In this document: positions 46,301-56,870 of the stretch, in pieces
How positions within the stretch are numbered: the first letter of the stretch is position 1
Layout of the letters: each line of letters begins with the position of its first letter
NCBI GenBank assembly: GCA_964019335.1
Contig: OZ025667.1
Span: forward strand, 248,001 to 312,000
Origin: Diplonema japonicum
Lineage: Eukaryota > Protista > Euglenozoa: Diplonemea
Direction of reading: 5' to 3'
Length of the DNA stretch: 64,000 nucleotides
Made by a program: the position numbers and the translations under genes
The notes under the pieces: generated by a model
Seen by the model: only the letters and a program-made list of their open reading frames with translations
What the model was told of the DNA's origin: nothing
Database searches by the model: none

Positions 46301-47860
46301 CGTACGTGCCATGGACTACGACCCGACCGCAGAGCCTTCCATTGTCCCTACTGATAGGTTGCGCAACTGGGATTCTAATTTGCAGCTGGAAAGGTTATCC
46401 ATTGCGCAGAACGACCTGACAGGCGCCTCGATCCCGTCGACGAGGGACGTCCTCAACAGGTGTACTCAGTTGACCGATGTTGATGTCTCGGGCCTGCCTT
46501 TGGATAAGTATGTACAACAGCCTCACCTCACGAAACACACAGCCGCCATGAGGCGACGCTTGTCGAGCCGCTGATGAAGTTGAGAATCCAGAACCTTGCT
46601 ATGAACGAGTGTCTTGTGGGCGACAAGGGCGTCCGTGCGGTGCTCGACCTCTTCACAAACAGGACCCTGCACACGCTGCTGTTGAACAAGAACCGCATCA
46701 CCGCTAACGTGATGGGTGACATTGCAGGCTGCCTGGACCTCCCATACTGCTCCATCCAGAACATCGGGCTGGGGACCAACAAGATACAGCTGCGTGGTCT
46801 TGAAACGTTGATCAAGGTGATGGAACGTGCTAGGAAGCCCGCCACGCTGAACTTCTCTGACAACCCTCTGCAGGCACGAGGCGGACAGAGGTTTGGGCAG
46901 CTGCTGGAACAGCAATGCGGTGTCACGGACTTGGACATCTCGAACACAACTGGACAGATGAACATAACGGGTGTGCTCTCCATTCTCTCTCACTCACCAC
47001 AGGTGACGTCGCGCTGTACATCACCAGACAGCTGTTGAACAACCCAGAGGTGACGCGTATCAACTTCTCCGACAACCCCATTGGACAGAACCTGCACCAG
47101 CTGACAGACCCGGCAGGACAGGTATGCATACCAAGACAATATAGCAAGCACTTCGCAGGTTACGAGGGATTTGCCTTTGGAGTTTTTCACGTTTTTGGAG
47201 CGAGAGGCCATCTGCAACCTGACGACGCTGCAGCTGAATAGGTGTGAGCTGACGAATGACCACGGGGCAGCGCTAACTTCTGCATTGGTGGATAATTACA
47301 AGCTCAAGGTGTTGGAAGTGAGTGGGAATAGACTGGGGTTGAGCGATGGGAACCTGCCGCAGGGGTGGGTAGACCTGCTAACAGCAACGGGAACGTTAGA
47401 AGATCTTGACATCAGCAAGAACTCGTTCTCGAGCAAGGGGATGGCTGTGCTGTTTACAGCACTGGCGAGAAACAGGTCGTTGAGGAAGGTGGACTTGAGC
47501 GGGAACAGGCTGACGGACGAGGCAATAAGCTCTACGGGGACGCAGGACGAGATTGTGTACATGTTCAGTTCGAACACAAGCATCCAAGAGATCAGTATGG
47601 CCGAAATGGGTTTCGGGGATGATGTACTGGAGAGGATCGCCGAGGGCATCTCTGAGAACCGTGTGCTCAAGAAGCTCCTCGCGCCGCGCAACAACATTTC
47701 CACGCGAGGCATACTTGACTCGACGAAGCACTTTGCCGTCAACACCACCCTCGAAGAGCTCGAGCTCACCTGCACACGCGTCCAGCAGGTGGAAGAGGAA
47801 TACATGCGTTCCTACAAGTTTATAATCGACAACACAAATCTGGAGACCATCCTCCTCTAA
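43393..47860 (+). CDS. Coiled-coil + FERM + RNI-like LRR protein; introns 45190-45230, 45333-45365, 46254-46286, 46508-46542, 46971-47002, 47122-47158
   Basis: About 500 aa of heptads. FERM F1 (FTIRFMNG..TVQDLIDRVCSKVGL), F2 (AVALAGYELQTVFGD) and F3 (WGMTYF..GIAEDGLHVL). Many LxxLxLxxN repeats. The introns join five ORF-track ORFs in frame. Confidence 0.82.
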
Positions 47861-47954
47861 TAGACCATAGACTCTAGACTAGAAACTGATATTATCGACC
47901 CTTTTTATTTTTCATTTGCAAGCACTTCATCGTTCCACATCCTGCAGGCTCCAC

Positions 47955-49226
47955 ATGTCCGCAGCATTCTCTGACATTACGTCACCTACCTCAGATGAGC
48001 CCAAGCGAGCGCGACGCAGAAGGAGGAACTTCGACAAAAGCTATTGGTGGAGGGTACTGCGGCTCTTCATCTGCGCGTCGGTGAGGATGAGAGATGCGGC
48101 AATGATGGTAAAGCTTGCAACGAAGGAAGAGAGGGTGGCGCTAGTGGCGTATGAGCGGAGCGGGGGGATCAGGGAGCTTGCGGACGTGCGCAACTATTTG
48201 AGAGGGCTTTTAGGATTCCAAGTGTCAGACCTAGATCTGGCGAGGTTTTGCTACAGTGAACCAGTGGGGTGGAAAAATGGCCGGATCATGACCTGGACGG
48301 AAGCGAAGCGACTCTTGGAAAGGCTAAAGAAGTATGATGATAGGCTGTCGCAGCTGACCGACACAGAACGTGCGTTTAACGCCCTTGGCGGCAGCAAGGA
48401 GTACGGCGTGTCTGCGGACATGCTGCGCAAGGTAGCCTGCGACTTCGACTTGCAGCTCGACCCCGTCGCTTCGTCCCTCGACCTACCCTCCTTCGCTGCC
48501 ATGCTTGATGATCCTTACGTTGTTTCGCACATGGCAGGTGCCACCCCCGCAGGGCAGATGTTCAGCCCTCATTGGATCACCGTCGAGCCGGAGACAGACG
48601 AAGAGGTTTCGCTACCAGTCTCGCATCAAGTCTCTAGGCTCAGCTTATCGCCTTCTCCACTTCGTGCAGCGTCCTCCCTCTCTGTCCGCATCCAGCAAGG
48701 CGACGATGAGGCTAACATTAAATCCAACGTATTGCTCACTAGCGCACTTCAATGTGACGTTAGCAAGAAGCTAGCTAAGTTTGAATTCGACAGGGATACC
48801 GACCCTGTTGTCATTAAGAGAGTCAATGCAGCACATACCAAGCCGCAGCACATGCATGGCTGGGCAGTGCAGGACGTCTTTCCTAAAAAGGCCTCAGCTG
48901 TACGCAAACGATACTCCCGCCCAGTCAGGAGCAAGCGAGCAGCACTTGCGGCAGCATCTTCCCCTACCAGCTCTACGAAAATACGCCGGAGAGAAACTCT
49001 CGATCTCCTGGCGGAGAAAACAGCCATTCTTTCTACTCCAAGCCCGACGCCTTCTCCCTCTGTCGTTTCAAAGTCCTCTTCTGCTTCTAGACACCGTCAG
49101 TACCTGGCACGCGAGCCGCAGAAGGTAGACCCTGTCGACGCCCAGTACTTCGGACGGAGCGCACACGGGTACCACGTTCTCACGTGTAATGCCCTCCGAC
49201 GAGCACGTGCCCTCGGTGCACCTTGA
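47955..49226 (+). CDS. Hypothetical protein with a degenerate EF-hand-like region and S/P-rich tail
   Basis: TERAFNALGG..GVSADMLRKVACDFDL resembles protist EF-hand-like proteins. Long ORF. Confidence 0.6.
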   Translation: MSAAFSDITSPTSDEPKRARRRRRNFDKSYWWRVLRLFICASVRMRDAAMMVKLATKEERVALVAYERSGGIRELADVRNYLRGLLGFQVSDLDLARFCYSEPVGWKNGRIMTWTEAKRLLERLKKYDDRLSQLTDTERAFNALGGSKEYGVSADMLRKVACDFDLQLDPVASSLDLPSFAAMLDDPYVVSHMAGATPAGQMFSPHWITVEPETDEEVSLPVSHQVSRLSLSPSPLRAASSLSVRIQQGDDEANIKSNVLLTSALQCDVSKKLAKFEFDRDTDPVVIKRVNAAHTKPQHMHGWAVQDVFPKKASAVRKRYSRPVRSKRAALAAASSPTSSTKIRRRETLDLLAEKTAILSTPSPTPSPSVVSKSSSASRHRQYLAREPQKVDPVDAQYFGRSAHGYHVLTCNALRRARALGAP

Positions 49227-49368
49227 TGCTTTTAGTTAACGTAGTATGAAGCGATCTATCACTGCTTCCTCCTTTCACTTCTTCGTTCGGTTTAGTACAA
49301 TTCAGTGCCCTTGCGGTCTGCTTATTCAATCGTACTCCTGCTACCCGTTTCAAACTCCACAGGCTGCC

Positions 49369-49593
49369 ATGGATGTGAGTGCAGATAAATTCGACGAGCT
49401 AGGGGGTCTGGGATATGACTCCTTGCTGACAAGCATCTTAAAGACCAGCGCAACAAGTACACCTTGTAGCGAGGTACTGACAGAGGAAGCACCTGCAGAG
49501 TTGTGCTGCGGTGTGTGGGACGACGAGTTCGATGAGTTTGACGAAGTAGAGGAGTACCTGATCACTGTGTGCCCAACGGTACTCAGCGTATAG
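49369..49593 (+). CDS. Candidate 74-aa acidic microprotein
   Basis: ATG lies 6 nt after a pyrimidine-rich CAG acceptor, fills the gap between two genes, and encodes WDDEFDEFDEVEEY. Confidence 0.4.
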   Translation: MDVSADKFDELGGLGYDSLLTSILKTSATSTPCSEVLTEEAPAELCCGVWDDEFDEFDEVEEYLITVCPTVLSV

Positions 49594-49625
49594 ATTAGAA
49601 CAGTGCGATGCAAAGATATTTCAGC

Positions 49626-49648
49626 TTTCTATTTTTCTTTCTTCACAG
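49626..49648 (+). promoter_or_regulatory. Example of a putative trans-splice acceptor (polypyrimidine tract + CAG) before an ATG
   Basis: TTTCTATTTTTCTTTCTTCACAG lies 20 nt before ATG 49669. Similar signals precede ATGs 8927, 50643 and 56871. Confidence 0.5.
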
Positions 49649-49668
49649 CAGGCGTAGGGATCGACAAA

Positions 49669-50577
49669 ATGACCGATCGGCGCAGCACCATAGCTGTCGA
49701 CCTCGGCAGTAGTGCATGCAGAATGTGTGTGTGCGGCAGGGGAACGGTACAGGTGGAAGTAGATACGCCGCCCGCTTTGAGCAGAAGCATGACACAGGAG
49801 GGTGCAGAAGTCTCTCGCAATGCAACAATGGTCTTTCTGAAGAAGTTGGTGCTGAACAATATGTTTTGCAACGTGGAGAACACAGGCTTCGTGGTGTGTC
49901 ACAACACGCTGTGCCGAGAGACGTTAAGGGAAGCACTGTTGCACTCACTGACTGGCTGTGTGCTTGTGAACGCACAAGCATGTGCATTGGCAGCATGCGG
50001 TGCCGTGACTGGTGTAGTGCTGGATATCGGATACCACGAGACACGTTGTGTGCCTCTTGTGGAGGGCACTATCCTCGACTCTCACTGCCACTTCTCTTCA
50101 TCTCTCTCTTCGCAGCTTGTCTACAGCAGGTTCAAGAGGCGCTTCGAAGAGCTTAATCCTTCAGCAGAATGCCATCCGGTCTACCTAGAGAGGCACGGCA
50201 CTGTGCAGTGTAACGGTGGAGAAGAGGTAATCACAAGTATAACGTATGCTTCTGGGTGCCTTCAAGTTCCTGCCTCGGTAGGCTACGACGCACTCTTCGA
50301 CGGCTCCGAGCCGTCCGCCGACGGCTGCACACTGCAGTCCCTGCTGCTCTCAACCCTCGCCGCCTCGGACACCGTCAACAGACGGGCCCTAGCTTCCACC
50401 ATAGTGCTGTCGGGTGCCGTTGCTGCCACTCCCGGCTTCGCCGCCCGCTTCAAGGAGCACCTCGACCACCCTACACTCGTGACCCTGGGCAGCACAGTCC
50501 TAAGTACGTCCTTCCCACAAAAGCATCTTAATATTATCGGTGCTTCTGTTATGAAGTCCGTTCCGCAGTTACTTTGA
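49669..50577 (+). CDS. Divergent actin-related protein, Arp10/Arp11-like
   Basis: IAVDLGS, TGVVLDIGYHETRCVPLVEG and NRRALASTIVLSG..PGFAARF actin-fold motifs. About 300 aa. Confidence 0.75.
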   Translation: MTDRRSTIAVDLGSSACRMCVCGRGTVQVEVDTPPALSRSMTQEGAEVSRNATMVFLKKLVLNNMFCNVENTGFVVCHNTLCRETLREALLHSLTGCVLVNAQACALAACGAVTGVVLDIGYHETRCVPLVEGTILDSHCHFSSSLSSQLVYSRFKRRFEELNPSAECHPVYLERHGTVQCNGGEEVITSITYASGCLQVPASVGYDALFDGSEPSADGCTLQSLLLSTLAASDTVNRRALASTIVLSGAVAATPGFAARFKEHLDHPTLVTLGSTVLSTSFPQKHLNIIGASVMKSVPQLL

Positions 50578-50642
50578 GTGTTTTCATTGCATATTTTTCA
50601 CCTTCATGCTGTATTTTTTGCAGACCTCCTTCCACACGAAAG

Positions 50643-52817
50643 ATGTCGGACGACACTACCGTACTCATCGTGGTAGGTGCTGTGGTAGGCACCCTGGGGC
50701 TAGCGTTGCTGATGTTCTACTCCGCTTACCAGAGGGTTCCATACTGGCTGAGCAATATGTTGCGAATCCCCCCTGTGTGGTCGTGCAACCAGAGCTACAG
50801 TCCAGCTTGCTCTTTGAATGACATCAGTATCTCTAGCAGGATGATTTTTGTGGGTGTATTGCCATTTGTATTTCTCAGCGTTTTGTGTATAACGGTGCTT
50901 GTCCACAAGCCCCACGATGCTAGTGGGGGCTGGAATGACTTCGTGCCCCTCCTGGACTGTGCGGCGGAGGTGGCAAAGGAGCAGAGCGCTAAGACAATCG
51001 ACCTTATCAACGGAACCACTAATGACTTCATGAGCAGGGTGCGCGCCACTGACTTGACATGCAGGGAACTTGCTTCTGCTGAGCTCGTAACAGCACGAGC
51101 GAGTAATAACTTCGCAGATGCGTACAATTTGTATCAGAAGGTTTTTAGTGCAGTGATCACCCAAGCTATGGAGAAACAGGCTGCAAACGGCGAGGAAGAT
51201 GTTCGGCAGCTGCAAGAGCTGCTCACGCTGCTCAGCGCCCTGACCATGGACAACGATTGCTCCGCGCTACGGGATGCGACGAAGGTGCATGCCCACTTCA
51301 ACAACCAGGCGGTTGAGATGAATGTACTCGGTGCATGGGGAGCGAAGTACAGCATTGTGGGGCGCATGCTATCTTACTCCTTAAGTAACAAGTCGGTTAT
51401 GGAGGCCTATGCAGACAATGTTGAGCGCAACGACCTTCGTAACCAGCTGCTGGAGACACGCCAGGAACTTGTGCTGCCCGTCATTGACATCATTCTGCAA
51501 GCAGCGAATATCACGACACAGGTGAGGTCGCTGGTGTCGCGCATCTATGTTACGACGTCGGGTGAGCTCTCGTCGAGTTTTGACGATTTTAACTACGGGG
51601 TGTTCCTGCTGACGACACTGATGGGGCTGTCACTGGGCATCAGCGCTATCACGGCCATCGCGAGCGTATTGCTGCTACTGATGCACAAGAGGGAAATCCA
51701 GGGCGACATCATCATCAAAAAGGACTTCGACGACTGCGATACGCACAAAGACAAGCTGCAGACCTACGTGAACTACATGGGGACGCTGCAGCTTGAGAAC
51801 GTCAATTCAACTACGTCAGTGGTGGAGCGCAGGTTTTATGAGATGTCGATGAACCTGCTGACACTGAAACCGTTCATCTCGCACTCGCTTTTCGAAGGTG
51901 ATTTGGGCGACGTGACAGAGGAACACCCCGGTGGCAGGACGCACGCGTACTCCTTGCGGACAGAGATTGGGATGTGTTTCACACCGTGCTCTTGCATGGC
52001 AGTCAGCACTGAGATGTTCAACGATATCACTTCGCAACACATGCAAGAGAGGCGTGCTGACCTCACCGCAGACTACAGTGCACTGATCGGGTTAGTGACG
52101 TCAGTGGCATCGAAAACAGGTGGAGTCGTGCACCACATTGGGGGTGGTGTCATGACCTGCACGTGGAACTGCACCATTGCCTGTGACCAGGTATGGCTTC
52201 ACATTCTTGACCTCATTTATCCAGTCGAGCGAAAGGGCGCTGTCCGCCGCCTTCACACTTGAACACGAGTTCGAGGAGGCTGCGAAGAACAAGATGTTCC
52301 AGTTGATTCCAGATACCCGCCTGGTATGTATTCAGAAGACATGATACCCTTTGCACAGCAAATAGCAGTGTCGTCTGGCGACGTCATGGGAGGGCTGATC
52401 AAGGCACTGCCAAGCAGGAAGCTTTTGATTGGGCTGGCACCCTTGCAGGCAGAGCGCATGGTGTACATGTGCCCCTTGCACTCTATGTCGATCCTGATTG
52501 ACCAAGACACGCAAACGCGCTTGAGCAACAGGTACTACACGAAACCGGTGATGGTGATCAAGGACTCATGCATCTACGAGACGTTGCCCAAGCAGCCCGA
52601 CACATCGGAAAAGCTGAAAGACTACAACGAGTGCTTCGTGCACCTCAGAAAGAACAAGAACCAGCTCGCACTGCAGTCCTTAGAAGCCTACCTTGCAAAA
52701 CCAGCTTCACGCGGCGACAAATCTGCGAAGTTCCTCCGTGATCGCATTGCTCTAAAGGTGAAGGCCAAGCACTCAACGACACCCGCTAACGGTAATACCG
52801 CGATAATGCCGCTGTAG
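50643..52817 (+). CDS. Multi-TM receptor with degenerate class III cyclase-like domain; introns 52191-52224 and 52324-52358
   Basis: Three hydrophobic segments, juxtamembrane NLLTLKPFI, and GGVVHHIGGGVMTCTWN, IAVSSG and ILID cyclase-fold remnants. Confidence 0.7.
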
Positions 52818-52912
52818 TGCTGTTTCCACAGCGCGACCTATATGTATACTGCCTCCCCCCCCTTTTTTTCTCCGTCTGTTCTACTTCCCAAGCACACCAA
52901 AGAAAGCAACCA

Positions 52913-54293
52913 ATGGCGGTCCCTATGATGCAATACGTTGAGGCTGTCCCGCCGATGCAGCAGGGACTGAACTTCTCGCCCCCTGTCATGGCGGAGGTCG
53001 GAAGGCAAGTGTACGAATTGCCGCCCCAACCGAGCCAACCGCTGCCTTTGTCTACTACTGGTCATACTATTGCAATGCAGTCTGGCCAGCCCTCCATGGC
53101 TGATGTTGAGCTGCTTCAAGTCGACTCCAATCTGGGCCAGCTAACGGGCTACCCTCGTATCCCATCGGCGGGTGGGAGCAGCGGAGCCACGAGCCCCGCA
53201 AGTGCCTTCAGCGGGCCCAGTCTGGAGACAGCTTTGTCCGGAAACCAGCGGAGGAACCGTAGCATGTCGTGCACGTCGAAGCAAAGCGATGCCTCGCTGC
53301 CCTTCCGCCACGACCCCTACGCAGCGGAGCCCAACGATGAGCAGGTGTACGTCGAGTCTGTGTCTGCAGGAGCACGCACCCCTTCCCCGCGTCCCATCAG
53401 CACCTCGCCCGCCCTGTCATCTACCGGCTCGTACTCCTTCACCGGCATCCCCCCTCTCGAGGGCTCTTCTTCCTTCTCGTACCCCGTGCCCGGCCCTCCC
53501 TCCCCGCTGCCCTACAGCAACAGCGACTCGCAGCCCTTCGTTCCTATAAGTGATATGTGCAACTCGGCCATCCAGCCCACCGTGATCACACCCGTGGGCA
53601 CAAGCACAAGGTCGGGGCCCACACAAGTGGCGTCGTGCGATGTGATCCACCCCGCAGGGATGGAAGAGGCGGACAAGAAGAAGAAGAAGAAGGAACCGAA
53701 GAAGGCCGTTGCGGCCATGTGCGTGAAGTTCAAACATGGAAGAGAGGGCGAATACTACAGCGACCAGGCGAGGGAGGTCGGGAAGCATGTGATCATCGAA
53801 GGGCAGAGGGGGCAGGACTTGGGGGTCGTGACCAGCGTGCGGATTGTGGACAACAAGCCGAGGGCGGAGAGAAGGCGGAGGCGTGTCAGGAGGGACGCGA
53901 CACAGGAGGAGATCAACGCGTGGCAAGGGGAGCTGTTCAGGGAGGAGGAACAGGCTCTTAGCATCATGAAGGCGCAGGTGTGGCATTTAAATATGGAATA
54001 TCATCCCAACAGGTCACCAAGCACCGAGTCCCCATAGTCGTGCACAGGGCGGAATATCAGTTCGACCGCAAGAAGCTCACATTTCACTACACCACCAAAG
54101 TCGCCAAACCTGACTTCCGGTCAGTTCTGCACGATGGGTTCAGGCACTTTAAGTATGCACTCTGGCACTATCTTGTTGTCATTACTAACTTCACAGGTGT
54201 AGAATTTGGATGAACAACTGCGACCCTAGCTCCTGTGAACCTGGCGACCGTCTTGACCTTAACTCCGAATGTCTCCCTGTCCATGTCATATAG
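52913..54293 (+). CDS. PSP1 C-terminal domain protein; introns 53978-54012 and 54153-54196
   Basis: VKFKHGR, VIIEGQRGQDLG, AEYQFDRKKLTFHY, DFR and CRIWM. S/P-rich N-terminus with FRHDPY. Confidence 0.88.
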
Positions 54294-55995
54294 GACTTTT
54301 ATCCCTCCATTTTTTTCATTCTCTGCCCGATGAGGACCAGAAAGCAAAAGAAGATAACAAAGAGGAAATCGTAGCCACATAAAGCTCAAAGAAGAGACGA
54401 CGAAAAAAGAAAAGAAAAAAGCTGGCGTGGAGGAGGGGGAACAAAAGGGGAAAGGAAGATTAAAAAAAAAGAAGAGGAGGAGGGAAAAAAAAAAGAGAGA
54501 GAAGGGACACCTGGAACAGGTTTCATTTGGTAACTTGGCTTGTTCTTATTTTCTCTTGCACTCTCTTTTCTTTCCTTTTTTTTTTTTCTGATTTTTTTTT
54601 CTTCCATATCCCTTTTAGTTTCCCGTCTTTTTTTGTTGTCATTTGCTGTTCTAATTTTGATGGGTCTCAAAGGTTCATTTGAAAAAGAAAAAAAGAAACG
54701 AAGGCAAAAAAAAAAAAAAAAAAAAAACACAAAAAATAAATCCCAATTCCCGGCCCCCCCCTTCCCATCCTTTTCTTTGATCCCCACCCCGCCTGTGTCC
54801 GAACAAGAGAGAATCCCACTCCCCCACCCCCTATTTTATTTACTCACATTTTTGCTACCTTTAATATGTTTTGGTGAACCAAAGAGAAAAGAAGTGAAAA
54901 TCTTATTTGCGACTAGAGGAAGAAGAAGAAGAAAAAAAAAAAGAAATCTGGCTTTCCCCCCCCCCCCCCCTCCCTAATAATTATTTCTCGGTTGGGGTTT
55001 TGAGGTTACACGCGCTACATGAAAAGTTGAAACCAAACCACACCTTTTTTTTTGTTTCTTTTTTTTTTTCCCCCCCTCTCTATTCCGCTTCCTCCTCTTC
55101 CCCACCAGTGCTCCCGTGAAGGGTAAGAAGGAGAGAAAAAAAAAGAAGAAGAAAACCAAAACAAAAAGAAAAGAAGTGTGAAAGCGTGTGAAGAAGACAC
55201 AGAATGGCAAGAGAAAAAAAAGAATGTGGGAGTAAGGAATAGTCAGTATTTCAAAAAGTATTTCGATTTTTTTTTTTTGAGTTTTTAAAGGCAGTCCTGT
55301 CACATACTGCAGGTTCCCTCAAAAACATCTATTTTTGGTCAAGCAATAAAAAAAAAAAAAAAGAAAGAGGAAGAATACAAAGGTGACGGGAGGGGTATAC
55401 TTTTTTTTCCCCTGATTCTTATGTTGTCAACTTGAAGGTATCTCTTTTGGGAATAGCGAAGGCAAAAGAAAGAGAAAAAGAAAAAGCGAGAGAAAACCAA
55501 CATTGTTTGTACCACCCTACAACCTTCACCACCCCGACTTCTTTTCCCACAGGGAAAAAAGCAACCAAAACAGAAAAACTGTGAATGTAAGGTCTTAGGT
55601 GAAAAAAGGAAGGAGGGGGGGGGGGGGGGGGGGATACCTCTCTTGATTTTTTTTTTTTTTTTTTGCTATCCCCCTTTTTTTTTTAAAGAGAACAAACTAA
55701 GTTTAAGGAAGAGAAATGTGAGCTCGATCCCCTTTCTATCATCCATTTCCTAGCAGACCCCCTCCCCAAAAAAAAAAATATTTTAGAGTGCAAAAGCCAG
55801 GGATTTTGCACCGTGGAGCTCTGTTTTATTTAGTTGAAAGAGCAGAAAATGAAAAGTGAAAAAGATTTTCACCCCCCTCCTTATACAAAAACACACCACA
55901 TCCCAAAGCCCCAATCCTCTCTTTGAGATACAGATGCATGATACAGTAATATTTACATGAAAGAATAAGAAGAAGAAAAAGAAGCCGATATATTT

Positions 55996-56026
<31 letters not shown>

Positions 56027-56461
56027 CTTTCCCCCCCTTTTTTTTTCTTCCGGGGATCATTTCCCCGCCCGCCTCCACCTTTGTCCTCTTATTCACCTTT
56101 CGAAACTTTTTTTTTTTATAAAAAAGAACAAAGGAAAAAAAAAAAGGAACCCCGCCCGTTATTACTTGTTGGTCCCTTTGAATGGCACCTGAATCACGTG
56201 ACCAACACGATAGTGTTGAACACACACTTTTTTTTTTTTTCTCTCTTTTTTTTTTTTTGTTTGAGCAAAAAAACAATAATTGCAAATGAATTGTTGTTGC
56301 TAAAAAGAAAGTCGTGAGGCCACTTTTTGTTTGCAGTTTTCACCTTTCTGCACCATCAACCCCGACTTTGCACAAACAACAAAATCGCCATCCTTTTTTT
56401 TGTTTTTGTTTTTTTTTTCTGTTTTTTTTTTTTTTTTCTCTCTCGTTTTATTTCTTAAAGG

Positions 56462-56492
<31 letters not shown>

Positions 56493-56870
56493 ACACCGAC
56501 CTTTGTTTTATTGTATTTTTTTTCTCTTTTTTTTTTTAATTTTTTTTCCCAGAAAAAAAAAAAAAACCCTCCCCTGTCCCAGGGGTGCACCCAGTAGCAG
56601 CATCAATTTTTTTTTAAAACATAAAAAGAAAAAAAAAATGGTTTTGATGGGTGGGCAAGAATTTCTTCTTTTTTTCTTCCCCCTTTTTTTGATTTCATAC
56701 TTTTTTTTTTACCCCCCATACCCCCCCCCCCCCCCCCCACTGTTTCCCCTTTTCTTCTTCTTATTACTTCTCTCTCTTCTCTCTCTCTTTTTCTCTCTCC
56801 ACTTCCCAATTTTCCTTGCATTTCTTTGCCTTTTTCTTCCATCCCCCTCTTCAATTCTCACCCAGATAAC

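Noticed and set aside
55788-55872. Two small hairpins, GTGCAAAA..TTTTGCAC and GTGAAAA..TTTTCAC
   Set aside because: A/T-run driven stems are expected in this composition, and there are no box motifs or second copy.
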